The position numbers were made by a program, and so were the translations under genes. Of a stretch of 64,000 bases of DNA, positions 8,918 through 18,398 are shown piece by piece; within the stretch, counting starts at the first letter, position 1, and each line of letters starts with the position of its first letter. The stretch covers positions 3,245-67,244 of the forward strand of contig CAZNOC010000001.1 in assembly GCA_964574545.1 (NCBI GenBank), in the 5' to 3' direction. The notes under the pieces were generated by a model. It was not told the origin of the DNA, searched no databases, and saw nothing but the letters and a program-made list of their open reading frames with translations. Source of the DNA: an uncultured Bifidobacteriaceae bacterium. Lineage in GTDB: Bacteria > Acidobacteriota > Vicinamibacteria > Vicinamibacterales > UBA2999.

Positions 8918-9585
8918 CGCCGAATCAGACACTCGGCGCGCTCGTGCGACACCACGCCATCAGGCATGAGGCGTTCCGTCGGGCGTTCCGGTTCCTGCGC
9001 CACGAAGGCGTCGAGGGAGACGTGCTCGAATTCGGGACGTTCGCGGGCACCAGCCTCGCGCTCCTCTCCCATGCGTCGGCGTACATCGACGACCGTCCGC
9101 GCCGCGTGGCGGGCTTCGATTCGTTCGAGGGGCTGCCGGCCACGGCGGATCCGCACCCGGAGTGGGGGACCGGACGCTTTGCGCACAACGAATGGTGGCA
9201 CCCGACACTGGCCAGCGGCGCCCCCGTGACGCCGGACGCGGTGCGGCACCTCTTCACCGCGTGCGACCTCCCGGCACCGGTGCTCTATGCCGGGTGGTTC
9301 GAGGAGACGGTCCCACGCGCGGTGGCGGCGCATCCCCGCGTGGCCCTGCTCCACGTGGACTGCGATCTTCACGAACCGGCGGCGTACGTGCTCGGCGCCG
9401 TGGCGCCGGTCCTGCAAGATGGCGCCATCGTGCTCTTCGACGACTGGTTCCTCTATGGCGGCAATCCCGCGCGTGGCGAAGCGCGGGCCTGCGCCGAGTT
9501 CCTTGCGGGGCACCCGCACTGGGGTGCCACCGACTACGGAGCGTACGGGCCTTTCTCCAAGGCCTTCATCTTCTACCGACGATGA
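8914..9585 (+). CDS. TylF/MycF-like class I SAM-dependent methyltransferase (paralog 1)
   Basis: 'EGVEGDVLEFGTFAGTS', 'HVDCDLHEP' and 'LFDDW' motifs. The start is uncertain: a CTG at 8914 sits 4 nt after AAGGAGG (8903-8909) and overlaps the wzt stop, or GTG at 8944. The track's 8752 start would overlap wzt heavily. Confidence 0.7.
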   Translation: MTPNQTLGALVRHHAIRHEAFRRAFRFLRHEGVEGDVLEFGTFAGTSLALLSHASAYIDDRPRRVAGFDSFEGLPATADPHPEWGTGRFAHNEWWHPTLASGAPVTPDAVRHLFTACDLPAPVLYAGWFEETVPRAVAAHPRVALLHVDCDLHEPAAYVLGAVAPVLQDGAIVLFDDWFLYGGNPARGEARACAEFLAGHPHWGATDYGAYGPFSKAFIFYRR

Positions 9586-9589
9586 CCCC

Positions 9590-10321
9590 ATGACCATGCC
9601 CTTCCTGACGCCACGCCTGCGCGCCATCGGCCGCGCCGTCCTCGGCCCCCGCCCCCTGCCGTTGATCGACCGGCTGGCCAGGCGCGATCGCAGATGGGCG
9701 ACGATTGTCGACTCGCTGGAGTACGTGAACTTCGAAGGGGTGGAGGGCGACATCGTCGAATGCGGGGTGTTCGGAGGGCTGAGCCTCGCCCTGTTCGCGC
9801 GGGCCGCGACGTTCGACCCGAAGGGGGCCGGGCGCCGCATTGTCGGCGTCGACACCTTCGAGGGGCTGCCGGCGTCCGAAGAGGTCCACCCAGGCTGGAA
9901 GGAGGGGGACTGCGCGGAGGTGCACGGATGGCATCCGCTCGCGAAGGCGGGGGACCCCGTCACCGTCGACACGACGCGCACGCTCTTCGCGCAGTGCGGG
10001 CTCGCCGCGCCGGTCCTCCACGAGGGACGCTTCGATCAGGTGCTGCCGCGGATCGTGCCGGGCCTCCACTCGGCGGTGGCCCTGCTGCACATCGACTGCG
10101 ACCTCTACGAGAGCACTCGCGACGTGCTGGACGGGATGGCGCCGGCCCTGCAGGACGGGACTGTCCTGCTCTTCGACGACTGGTTCCACTACAAGGGGCA
10201 CCCCGGACGCGGCGAGGCGCGCGCCTTCCACGAGTTTCTCGCCGCGCATCCCGAGTGGCAGGCGGTGCACTGGCGCTCCTACGCCACGTTCTGCAACGCG
10301 TTCATCCTGGTGAAGCGGTGA
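9590..10321 (+). CDS. TylF/MycF-like class I SAM-dependent methyltransferase (paralog 2)
   Basis: ATG at 9590. 'EGVEGDIVECGVFGGLS', 'HIDCDLYEST' and 'LFDDWFHY'. Collinear with the preceding gene over its whole length. Confidence 0.75.
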   Translation: MTMPFLTPRLRAIGRAVLGPRPLPLIDRLARRDRRWATIVDSLEYVNFEGVEGDIVECGVFGGLSLALFARAATFDPKGAGRRIVGVDTFEGLPASEEVHPGWKEGDCAEVHGWHPLAKAGDPVTVDTTRTLFAQCGLAAPVLHEGRFDQVLPRIVPGLHSAVALLHIDCDLYESTRDVLDGMAPALQDGTVLLFDDWFHYKGHPGRGEARAFHEFLAAHPEWQAVHWRSYATFCNAFILVKR

Positions 10322-11583
10322 CGGTCGCGCACCTCGGGCCTCCGCTCGGGCGGACGGGAGGGCCTGGCGGGTACCTCGCGCAGCTGGCGGGCGCTATTGC
10401 GCATCACGGTGACGGCGGACACACGGTGCTCTTGCCCGCGCCGGCGCCGCCCCGTACCGCGGCGTCGGCCTCGCCGTTCGCGCCCGTGCGGCAGGCGGTG
10501 CGGCGGGTGAGACGCACGGTGCTCGGCGCGCCGTCCTACTACCGTCCCTCATCCTCGGAGCTTCTGCGATCGGACGGCGAGATCGGGCGCATGATCTCCC
10601 AGGCCTGGCGGGAAGTGGTGGCCGAAGTCGAACCCGCGCTGGTCCAGGCGATCGAGGCACACGCGGACGTGATCTTCGCGCACGACGCCCCGAGCGCGCA
10701 GGCCGCGCTCGAACGCCGCGCACCGGGGCAGCAGGTCTGGCTGATGCTGCACAACCCGATGCCTCTGGCGCTCTACCTGGCGTGGTGCTGGGGTGTGCCG
10801 GATCGCGCGTGGGACGAAGTGGCCTCGTACCCGGACGTCCAGCGGTGGACGGCGGACGAATGCGGCGTGATCGAGCGCGTGGACCGTGTCTTCATCCCCT
10901 GTGCCGAGGCCGTCGATGAACTTGTCCGAGCGGCGCCGTCGTTCGGCCGCGTGCTCTCGCGCGCCGAGTTCCTGCTGACAGGCGCCGCGGGTCCGGTCGC
11001 CCGCCGCGCCTTGGATGGCGGACGCCGGTCGTGGGGCCTGCCTGTGGACCGTCCCGTCGGACTGTTCCTGGGCAACGCGCAGCCGTATCGCGGGCTCGAC
11101 GTGTTGCTGGCGGGGCTCGAGCGTCTCCCTCAGCGCGGGACGCCCGCGGGCGTGGTGGCCGTCGCCGGGTGCCCCGTCGACCAGCTCCCGATCCGGCCAC
11201 GGCTGCGGGCGCTCGGCCACGTGGCCGATGTCGGAGGCCTGCTGGCGGCGGTGGACTTCGTCATCAACGTCAACCGCTTCAGCCTGTTCGACCTGTCCAC
11301 CATCGAGGCGCTCGAGGCCGGCCGTCCCTTGCTCCTGCACGAAACCGGCGGTAATCGGACGTTTGGGGCGCTCGGCGCGGGGGCCATGATGTTGCCGTCG
11401 CTCGACCCGCAGACCATCGCCACAGGCCTGATGGACATGTTCGTCCAGACACCCGAGGCGCTCGCGCGCCTTGGCGCCGAATCTCGCGCCTGCTACGAAC
11501 GCCATCTGACGCCGAGGCACCTGCACGACCGACACCTCGCCTTGTACAACTCGGCCGGCGCACGCGCGGAGGTCGGACGATGA
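10318..11583 (+). CDS. glycosyltransferase (GT-B fold, GT4-like)
   Basis: The GTG at 10318 overlaps the upstream stop (GTGA). N-terminal 'VAHLGPPLGRTGGPGGYL' and C-terminal 'GLFLGNAQPYRGLDVLL...STIEALEAGRPLL'. Confidence 0.6.
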   Translation: MTVAHLGPPLGRTGGPGGYLAQLAGAIAHHGDGGHTVLLPAPAPPRTAASASPFAPVRQAVRRVRRTVLGAPSYYRPSSSELLRSDGEIGRMISQAWREVVAEVEPALVQAIEAHADVIFAHDAPSAQAALERRAPGQQVWLMLHNPMPLALYLAWCWGVPDRAWDEVASYPDVQRWTADECGVIERVDRVFIPCAEAVDELVRAAPSFGRVLSRAEFLLTGAAGPVARRALDGGRRSWGLPVDRPVGLFLGNAQPYRGLDVLLAGLERLPQRGTPAGVVAVAGCPVDQLPIRPRLRALGHVADVGGLLAAVDFVINVNRFSLFDLSTIEALEAGRPLLLHETGGNRTFGALGAGAMMLPSLDPQTIATGLMDMFVQTPEALARLGAESRACYERHLTPRHLHDRHLALYNSAGARAEVGR

Positions 11584-13007
11584 GACACACGGATGTGCTC
11601 GTCGTCGGCCTTGGTCCTACGGGTCTCGGCGCCGCCTGGCGTCTCGACGCGCTCGGCCACGACGACTGGCTCGTGTACGAGGCGGAGAATGTGGCCGGTG
11701 GCCTTGCCGGATCCGTCGTTGACGAGCATGGCTTCACGTGGGACTTCGGGGGCCACGTCCAGTTCAGCCACTACGAGTACTTCGACCGCCTGATGGACGA
11801 CCTGCTCGGCATCGACGGCTGGTACCACCACGATCGGGAGTCATGGGTCTGGGTGCGCGACCGCTTCGTGCCGTATCCGTTTCAACTGAACGTGCACCGC
11901 CTGCCGGACGCCGACACGACGCGCGCCATCGCCGGGCTGGTGAGTGCCGCGCGCCGGGCGGCACACGGCGGACCGCCGCCCTCGGACTTCGGGGCCTGGA
12001 TCGACGCCGCTTTCGGCGCCGGCATCGCGGGGATCTTCATGCGGCCGTACAACACGAAGGTCTGGGCGCGTGAGCCCGAGCGCATGGCCTGGGACTGGAT
12101 CGGCGACCGCGTGGCGCTGGTCGATCTGCCGCGCGTCGTGGAGAACGTGCGGCTCAATCGAGACGATGTGTCGTGGGGGCCGAACAACCAATTCCGCTTT
12201 CCGCGTCGTGGCGGCACCGGTGCCATCTGGCGGGCCCTGTCAGACAGGCTCGCATCGAGGTGGCCGGACCGCCTGCTCTTCGGGCGCAGGCTGGTGTCCC
12301 TGGATACGGCGCGCAGGCGAGCGGTCTTCTCCGACGGGGAGGCGATCGGCTACGAGCGGCTGCTCAGCACGATCGCGATCGATGAACTCACACGGCTGAG
12401 CGACCTTGCCCCGAACCTGACCCCCGCGCTCGCCGACCTCGAGTACTCGTCCACGCACGTGGTTGGTGTCGGCCTGCGCGGACGGGCACCCGACACCCTG
12501 GCCGGCAAGTGCTGGATGTACTTCCCCGAGGACAACTGCCCGTTCTATCGCGTCACCCACTTCTCCCACTACTCGCCGCACAACGTGGCGGACCCGTCCA
12601 CGCAGTGGTCGCTGATGGCCGAGGTGTCAGAGTCACCGTACCGGCCGCTGCGGCGGCCGGACGTCGTGTCCGACACGCTGGACGGGATGCTCGCGACGGG
12701 GCTCGTCGCCGACCGTGCCGACATCCACCATACGTGGCACCGGCGTCTGGAGCGGGGCTACCCGGTGCCCTCGCTCAATCGCGACCGCGCGCTGGCCACG
12801 CTGCTGCCGGCCTTCGAAGCCCGCAGCGTCCTGTCGCGCGGCCGGTTCGGCGCGTGGAAGTACGAAGTGTCGAACCAGGACCACAGCTTCGCGCAGGGCG
12901 TCGAGGCCGTGGACGCGTGGCTGTCCGGCGCCGTCGAGGAAACCCTGCACCATCCGGAGCGCGTGAACGCCCGGCGACCTGCGCCCCCGAGGGCCGCACG
13001 CGTATGA
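11580..13007 (+). CDS. UDP-galactopyranose mutase, eukaryote-type long form (flavoenzyme)
   Basis: 'VVGLGPTGLGAA' FAD fingerprint. 'GGHVQFSHYEYFD', 'VPYPFQLN', 'FMRPYNTKVWA', 'FRFPRRGGTG', 'KCWMYFPEDNCPFYRVTHFSHYSP' and 'SRGRFGAWKYEVSNQDHSFAQGVEAVD' are collinear with my recollection of fungal/kinetoplastid UGM. Confidence 0.7.
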   Translation: MRHTDVLVVGLGPTGLGAAWRLDALGHDDWLVYEAENVAGGLAGSVVDEHGFTWDFGGHVQFSHYEYFDRLMDDLLGIDGWYHHDRESWVWVRDRFVPYPFQLNVHRLPDADTTRAIAGLVSAARRAAHGGPPPSDFGAWIDAAFGAGIAGIFMRPYNTKVWAREPERMAWDWIGDRVALVDLPRVVENVRLNRDDVSWGPNNQFRFPRRGGTGAIWRALSDRLASRWPDRLLFGRRLVSLDTARRRAVFSDGEAIGYERLLSTIAIDELTRLSDLAPNLTPALADLEYSSTHVVGVGLRGRAPDTLAGKCWMYFPEDNCPFYRVTHFSHYSPHNVADPSTQWSLMAEVSESPYRPLRRPDVVSDTLDGMLATGLVADRADIHHTWHRRLERGYPVPSLNRDRALATLLPAFEARSVLSRGRFGAWKYEVSNQDHSFAQGVEAVDAWLSGAVEETLHHPERVNARRPAPPRAARV

Positions 13008-13843
13008 GCGCGTGGCGCCTGCTGCGGTCGCTGGCCTCTCGCGCGAAGCGGCGCCTGCGCCCGACGCCCGCCGAGGCCGCCTGGCGGCAGATCGTCGCCG
13101 CCGGGGCGCGGGCCCCGCGGTACTCGGCCGGCCGGCTGTCGCTCTGCGGCCTCGACATCGAGTACCCCGATGCGCTCAGCCTGGCGCCGCAGTGGCACGA
13201 TCTGTTCGTCCGCCAGACGCTCGCCTTCACCTCCGCCACCGACGCGCCCCGTGTCCTCGACTGCGGCGCCAACGTCGGCCTGGCGACGCTCGCGGTGAAG
13301 CGCGCGTATCCGCGTGCCCGGGTCACGGCATTCGAGGCCGACCCGGCGATCGCGGCGGTCTGCGCACGGAACCTGGCGCGCAACGGCGCGGGCGACGTCC
13401 AGGTGGTCGCGGCGGCGGTCTGGCGCGAAGCCGGCGAGGTGGCCTTCCGGCAGGAGGGCTCCGACTCCGGCGCGATTGAAGGGGTCGCCGCCGACACCCG
13501 GGGGACGTCCGTGACGGTACCGGCCGTGCGCCTGCGTGACTTCGTGGTCCGCGAGCCCGTTGACCTCTTGAAGCTCGACGTCGAGGGCGCCGAGTGGGTG
13601 TTGCTCGAAGACCTCGAGGGCGCACTCGACCACGTGCGGGCGCTGCACGTCGAGGTGCACGACTTCGACCCGGCCACGCGCCTGCTGCCCCGGTGCCTGG
13701 CCTTGCTCGAGCGCGCGCGCTTCACGTACGCGCTCGACGACTTCGCGGTTGCCGGCTGGCGTCCCGAGGGGACCCGCCGCGGGCCGTTCCGTCTGGCAGT
13801 GCCATCCTGGATCGTCCTCGTGCGCGCGTGGCGGGACGCATGA
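13004..13843 (+). CDS. FkbM-family methyltransferase
   Basis: The ATG at 13004 overlaps the upstream stop (ATGA). 'VLDCGANVGLATL' and 'LLKLDVEGAEWVLL' are FkbM hallmarks. Confidence 0.8.
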   Translation: MSAWRLLRSLASRAKRRLRPTPAEAAWRQIVAAGARAPRYSAGRLSLCGLDIEYPDALSLAPQWHDLFVRQTLAFTSATDAPRVLDCGANVGLATLAVKRAYPRARVTAFEADPAIAAVCARNLARNGAGDVQVVAAAVWREAGEVAFRQEGSDSGAIEGVAADTRGTSVTVPAVRLRDFVVREPVDLLKLDVEGAEWVLLEDLEGALDHVRALHVEVHDFDPATRLLPRCLALLERARFTYALDDFAVAGWRPEGTRRGPFRLAVPSWIVLVRAWRDA

Positions 13844-15030
13844 CCGGCGCGGCGCCCAACGTCGTGTACGTCGTCCCCGACAAGATGGGCGGCATGCTCA
13901 ACATCGTGGCGTCGCTTGTCGCGCACCGCTCGGGGCCGATGCCGCACCACGTCATCCTCACCGACAACCGTCTCAGCACCGACACGCGGTGGGGGCTCCG
14001 GATGGTGGCAGACACGCAGCAGACCGTCCGGTATGCGCTGCCAGTCGAGAGCCTGCCAGCGGTCATGGCGCGACTCGCCCGCGCGGTGCCGCCGGGCGGC
14101 GGCGTGCTCGTGACGAGCGATCTTCTCGAGCTCGCCATGCTGCATCGCCACGATCCGGGCCGCATGGTCGCGCAGATCCTTCACGGCGATCACGACTACT
14201 ACTACGACCTCGCGGAGCGGCACCAGGCGGTCATCGACGTCTTCGTGGCCTACAGCCGCGTGATGTACGACACGCTGCGCCGCCGCCTCCCGCACCGGGC
14301 CGACGATGTCGTGCACCTGCCGTACGGAATCCCGCTGCCGTCCCGGATGCGCGCCGCCGCGCCCGGGCCGCTGCGGCTCGTCTTCGCGGGCCGGCTCGAG
14401 CATGGACAGAAGGGTGTCTTCGACCTGCCGGAGATCGACGCGGCCCTTGCCGGTGCCGGCGTGGACGTGCGCTGGACGATCATCGGCGGTGGTCCTGACG
14501 AAGACGAGCTGCGCCGGCGCTGGACGTCCGCGCGCGTGGAGTGGGCGGGCATCCTGCCGAACCAGACGCTGCTCGATCGCCTGGCGGACTTCGACGTGTT
14601 CGTCCTGCCCACGCGCGCCGAAGGATTTCCGGTCGGCCTTGTCGAGGCGATGGCGGCGGGTCTCGTGCCGGTGGTGAGCGACATCCCGAGCGGCGTGCCG
14701 GAAGTGGTGGACGAGGGCATCACGGGGCTTCGGCCGGCGGTGGGAGATGTGGCGGGCTTCGCTTCGGCCATCGGCGCGCTCGCCGGCGATCGCGCGACGC
14801 TCGAGACGATGAGCGGCGCCGCAAGGGTCGCCGTCGAGGCGCGCTTCGAGGCGCGGGCACGGACCGCCGGCTACGAGGCGCTGTATGCCGAGTGGCAGAC
14901 GCGGCGTCGCCCCCGTCCCGCGCGCGTGCCCCTGCCGTACGGCAGCCGGCTGGACCAGCCGTGGATTCCGAATCTCGTCGTCCGCGGCATCCGGACGATG
15001 GTGCGCACGTACCAGGGGAAGCCCGTATGA
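13840..15030 (+). CDS. glycosyltransferase family 4
   Basis: ATG at 13840 (ATGA overlap). E-x7-E motif 'AEGFPVGLVEAMAAG'. 'LRLVFAGRLEHGQKGV'. Confidence 0.8.
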   Translation: MTGAAPNVVYVVPDKMGGMLNIVASLVAHRSGPMPHHVILTDNRLSTDTRWGLRMVADTQQTVRYALPVESLPAVMARLARAVPPGGGVLVTSDLLELAMLHRHDPGRMVAQILHGDHDYYYDLAERHQAVIDVFVAYSRVMYDTLRRRLPHRADDVVHLPYGIPLPSRMRAAAPGPLRLVFAGRLEHGQKGVFDLPEIDAALAGAGVDVRWTIIGGGPDEDELRRRWTSARVEWAGILPNQTLLDRLADFDVFVLPTRAEGFPVGLVEAMAAGLVPVVSDIPSGVPEVVDEGITGLRPAVGDVAGFASAIGALAGDRATLETMSGAARVAVEARFEARARTAGYEALYAEWQTRRRPRPARVPLPYGSRLDQPWIPNLVVRGIRTMVRTYQGKPV

Positions 15031-15986
15031 GCGCCATGCCGATTGTCAGCGTGCTGATGACCGCCCACAACCGGGAGCGCTACATCGGCACCGCCATCGA
15101 GAGCGTGCTCACCCAGCGCTTCGCGGAGTTCGAACTCGTCATCGTGGATGACGTCTCGACCGATCGGTCGGTCGAGATCGCCAGGCAATTCGCCGAGCGC
15201 GATTCCCGCGTGCGCGTGCTGGTGAACGACCGCAACCTGGGCCAGTTCGGCAATCGCAACCGAGCGGCCGCGCTGGCGCGTGGGCGCTACCTGAAGTTCC
15301 ACGACTCCGACGATCTGATGTACCCGCACTGCCTCGAGCAGATGGTGTCGCACCTCGAGGCCGAGCCCCGCGCGGGGTTCGCCCTGTCGACGTCCTGGGC
15401 CTGGCCCGGCGGGCCGATGCCCATGCTGCTCAGCCCGCGGCAATGCTACGAGCGCGAGTACCTCGGGTTCGGCCTCTTCATGTGCGGCCCGGCTTGCGGG
15501 TTGTTCCGGGCGGACGTGTTCCGCGCGCTCGGCGGGTTCGACGAGGAAGGCGTGCACGGAGATCACCTGTTCTGGCTGCGTGCGTGCGCACGGCATTCCG
15601 TGCTGTTGCTGCCGGCCGACCTGTTCTGGTACCGCACGCACGCCGGACAGGAACTGCAGTCCACGAAGGCCGCGCGGGACTACGCGCGGCTGCCCGGCCG
15701 CGTGTGGGACGCCCTGTCGAACGTCGAGTGCCCCCTCGACGGCGAGAGCCTCGAACAGGCCCGCCGGAACCATGCGTGGGGCGTGGCGAAGTACACCTGG
15801 CGCGACGTCCGCGCCGGCCGCCTCGGCCTGGCCGTGTACCGCCTCCGCCAGTCCCGGATGAGCCTGCTCGACGTGGCGCGATACGTGCGCCGGCCGCGCC
15901 GCCACGAGATGGCGGGCGTGCCGCTCGACGCGAACGGCGACCCGCCGACCCCCGGGTGGGTGCGGATGCCGCCGCGGGAACCGTAG
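15027..15986 (+). CDS. glycosyltransferase family 2
   Basis: ATG at 15027 (ATGA overlap). 'VSVLMTAHNRERYIGTAIESVLTQ...ELVIVDDVSTDRS' and 'FHDSDDLMYPH' (DxD). Confidence 0.85.
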   Translation: MSAMPIVSVLMTAHNRERYIGTAIESVLTQRFAEFELVIVDDVSTDRSVEIARQFAERDSRVRVLVNDRNLGQFGNRNRAAALARGRYLKFHDSDDLMYPHCLEQMVSHLEAEPRAGFALSTSWAWPGGPMPMLLSPRQCYEREYLGFGLFMCGPACGLFRADVFRALGGFDEEGVHGDHLFWLRACARHSVLLLPADLFWYRTHAGQELQSTKAARDYARLPGRVWDALSNVECPLDGESLEQARRNHAWGVAKYTWRDVRAGRLGLAVYRLRQSRMSLLDVARYVRRPRRHEMAGVPLDANGDPPTPGWVRMPPREP

Positions 15987-15991
15987 GCCGC

Positions 15992-17332
15992 GTGCGTGTC
16001 GTGCAGGCGGTGGGCTGGTACCTCCCCGAGTCGCTCGGGGGTACGGAGTTGTACGTGGCGGCCCTTGCGGCCTGGCTGCAGCGCGCCGGCCATGACGTGC
16101 ACATCGCCGTGCCCGATGCGGCGCAGGCCAGCGAGCGTCGCTACGAGCACGCGGGCGTGCCGGTCTATCGCTACCCGATCCCGTCGCGCGTGACGCGGGA
16201 CGAGGCCCGGGGCCGCGCGTCCGTCCGCGGCGCCGAGCGCTTCCATCGCTGGCTCGACGGGCTGAAGCCGGACGTGGTGCACGTGCACACGTTCGTCACC
16301 GGCCTCGGCCTGGCGGAGGTCGAGGCGGCGCAGGCGGCCGGCGCCCGCGTGATCGTGACGTCGCACTCGGCCAGCCTCGGGTTCGTGTGCGAACGCGGCA
16401 CGATGCTGCGCCTCGGGCGCGCTCTGTGTGACGGGCTGATGGAGCCCGTGAAGTGCGCGGCGTGCGCACTCGACGCGCGCCGCGTTCCGGAGGCGCTGGC
16501 AGGCGCGCTGGCCCGGATCCCGATGCCGCTCTCGCGCGCGGCGCGCGGGTGGCCCGGGGCCGCCGGCACGGCGCTCGCGATGCGCGCCTTCATCGCGGAC
16601 AACATCGACCGGCAGCGGCGGCTCTTCGCGCACGCGGACGCCGTCGTCGTCCTCAGCGACTGGGCGGCCGCCGTGCTCCGCGCCAACGGCGCGCCCGCGG
16701 ACCGCGTCGTGGTGAATCGCCTGGGTACTGATGCCGCCCGCCCGGCCGCCTCCGCGAGAAAGCCCGGGCCGGACACGCGGCCGACAGAGACGCCCGTGGC
16801 GATCGGGTTCGTGGGCCGTGCCGAGGCCATCAAGGGACTCGATGATGCGGTGCGGGCCGTCGTGAGCTTGCCGGCGGAGGTGCCGCTCCGGTTCCGCGCC
16901 GTTGTCGTGGCCTCCACCGGCGCCGATCGCGCGGAACTCGAACGCTGCCGGCATCTGGCCTCGCGCGATCCGCGCATCGTCTTCGAGCCTGCAGTGTCGC
17001 CCGAGCAGGTGCCGACCCTGCTGACGTCGCTCGACCTGCTCGTCTGCCCCTCGCGCGCGGTGGAGGGCGGACCGACCGTGGCGCTCGAGGCACACGCCGT
17101 TGGCACGCCGGTGGTGGGGACGGCGATGCCGGCGCTGACGGAGATCGTGACCGAGGGGGTCAACGGCCGCCTCGTGCCTCCGGGCGACTGGCAGGCCCTC
17201 ACGCGCGTCCTCTTCGACGCGGCGTCCAACCCGTCGGCGACGATCGATCGCTGGCGCGCGGCCCTGCCCGTGCCCCGGACCACCGACGCGATCGCGCGCG
17301 AATACCTCGAGCTCTACACGCGTGTCGGATGA
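15992..17332 (+). CDS. glycosyltransferase family 4
   Basis: GTG at 15992, 5 nt after the upstream TAG. 'GGTELYVAALAAWL' N-terminal domain. E-x7-E 'VEGGPTVALEAHAVG'. Confidence 0.75.
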   Translation: MRVVQAVGWYLPESLGGTELYVAALAAWLQRAGHDVHIAVPDAAQASERRYEHAGVPVYRYPIPSRVTRDEARGRASVRGAERFHRWLDGLKPDVVHVHTFVTGLGLAEVEAAQAAGARVIVTSHSASLGFVCERGTMLRLGRALCDGLMEPVKCAACALDARRVPEALAGALARIPMPLSRAARGWPGAAGTALAMRAFIADNIDRQRRLFAHADAVVVLSDWAAAVLRANGAPADRVVVNRLGTDAARPAASARKPGPDTRPTETPVAIGFVGRAEAIKGLDDAVRAVVSLPAEVPLRFRAVVVASTGADRAELERCRHLASRDPRIVFEPAVSPEQVPTLLTSLDLLVCPSRAVEGGPTVALEAHAVGTPVVGTAMPALTEIVTEGVNGRLVPPGDWQALTRVLFDAASNPSATIDRWRAALPVPRTTDAIAREYLELYTRVG

Positions 17333-18398
17333 ACGCCCCTCGATCGAGTGGATGGCCGGGTGGCCTGTCCTCGACCATGCCCCGTTGTGGGAGGAGTGGG
17401 AGGCGGTGCGCGCGCGCGCCGTGGTGTCCCAGGTGTTTCATCGCGCGGACGTGCTGCGCGCCTGGTACGACACAGTGGCACGCGCGCAGCGGCACGAGCC
17501 GGTCATGATCCGCTATACCGCCCCGGCGGGCGCGCGCGTGTACCTGGCGGCCAGCGTCGTGCCGTACGAGGGACGCTGGGCGGGCCGGCGTGTCCTAGAG
17601 CCCGCGGGCCAGGATCTCTTCGGCTCTCACGATCCGCTGGTGGACGGTGATGCGGAGGCCGTCGACTGGGACGCCTTCTGGGACGCCGTGCGTGACGCAG
17701 CGGCGGGCGTCGACCAGGCGCTGTTCCGGTTCGTGCATCCGCGGATGAGCGGCCGCGCGCGGGCGGAGCCCGCGGGTGACGAGAGCCCGGTCCTCTCATT
17801 CGAGGGCGTACCGTCCCTCGACGCCATGCTGGCGCGGTGCTCGGCCAACCATCGCGGCGACGTGCGGCGGCGCATTCGCCGGGCGCAGGAACGCGGCGCT
17901 CTCGAGCTGCAGGTGTTCGAGACGACGGGAGCAGCGCAGGCGATGGGGGAGTTCGACGCGCGCTTCTGGCCTGTGTGGTCGGCCGCGAGTGCGCAGCATG
18001 GGTGGCGGCTGCACACGCGTCCGGGGTTCGCCGCGTTCTGTCAGCGTGTGGTGCGTGAAGGCGTGGCCGGCGGGTGGGCGCACTTCGCGGTCCTTCGCAT
18101 CGCCGACACACCCGTGGCCTGGCACCTGGGGCTGGCGGACGCCGGCCGGGTGTACTGGTGGCTGCCGGTGCATGACCCGGCACACGACGCGCTCGCGCCG
18201 GGTAAGCTGCTCCTGGCCCTCCTCGTCGCGCGCCTCATCGACGACCGGTGGCGCGAGCTGCACTTCCAGACGGGGGCGCAGGCCTACAAGCTGGCATGGC
18301 AGCCCACCTGGCCGCCGCTCATGGCCGTTCGCTGGCACGCCCCGTCGGCGCGCGGCCGCGTGCTCGCCCTGCACGACCGCCTCCGGAGGCACGGATGA
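17322..18398 (+). CDS. CelD/BioF2-like GNAT-fold acyltransferase (Acetyltransf_6-like)
   Basis: 'AHFAVLRIADTPVAWHLGLADAGRVYWWLPVHDPAHDALAPGKLLLALLVARLIDDRWRELHFQTGAQAYKLAW' matches the CelD-like C-terminal core. GTG at 17322 (alternative ATG at 17352). Confidence 0.65.
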   Translation: MSDERPSIEWMAGWPVLDHAPLWEEWEAVRARAVVSQVFHRADVLRAWYDTVARAQRHEPVMIRYTAPAGARVYLAASVVPYEGRWAGRRVLEPAGQDLFGSHDPLVDGDAEAVDWDAFWDAVRDAAAGVDQALFRFVHPRMSGRARAEPAGDESPVLSFEGVPSLDAMLARCSANHRGDVRRRIRRAQERGALELQVFETTGAAQAMGEFDARFWPVWSAASAQHGWRLHTRPGFAAFCQRVVREGVAGGWAHFAVLRIADTPVAWHLGLADAGRVYWWLPVHDPAHDALAPGKLLLALLVARLIDDRWRELHFQTGAQAYKLAWQPTWPPLMAVRWHAPSARGRVLALHDRLRRHG

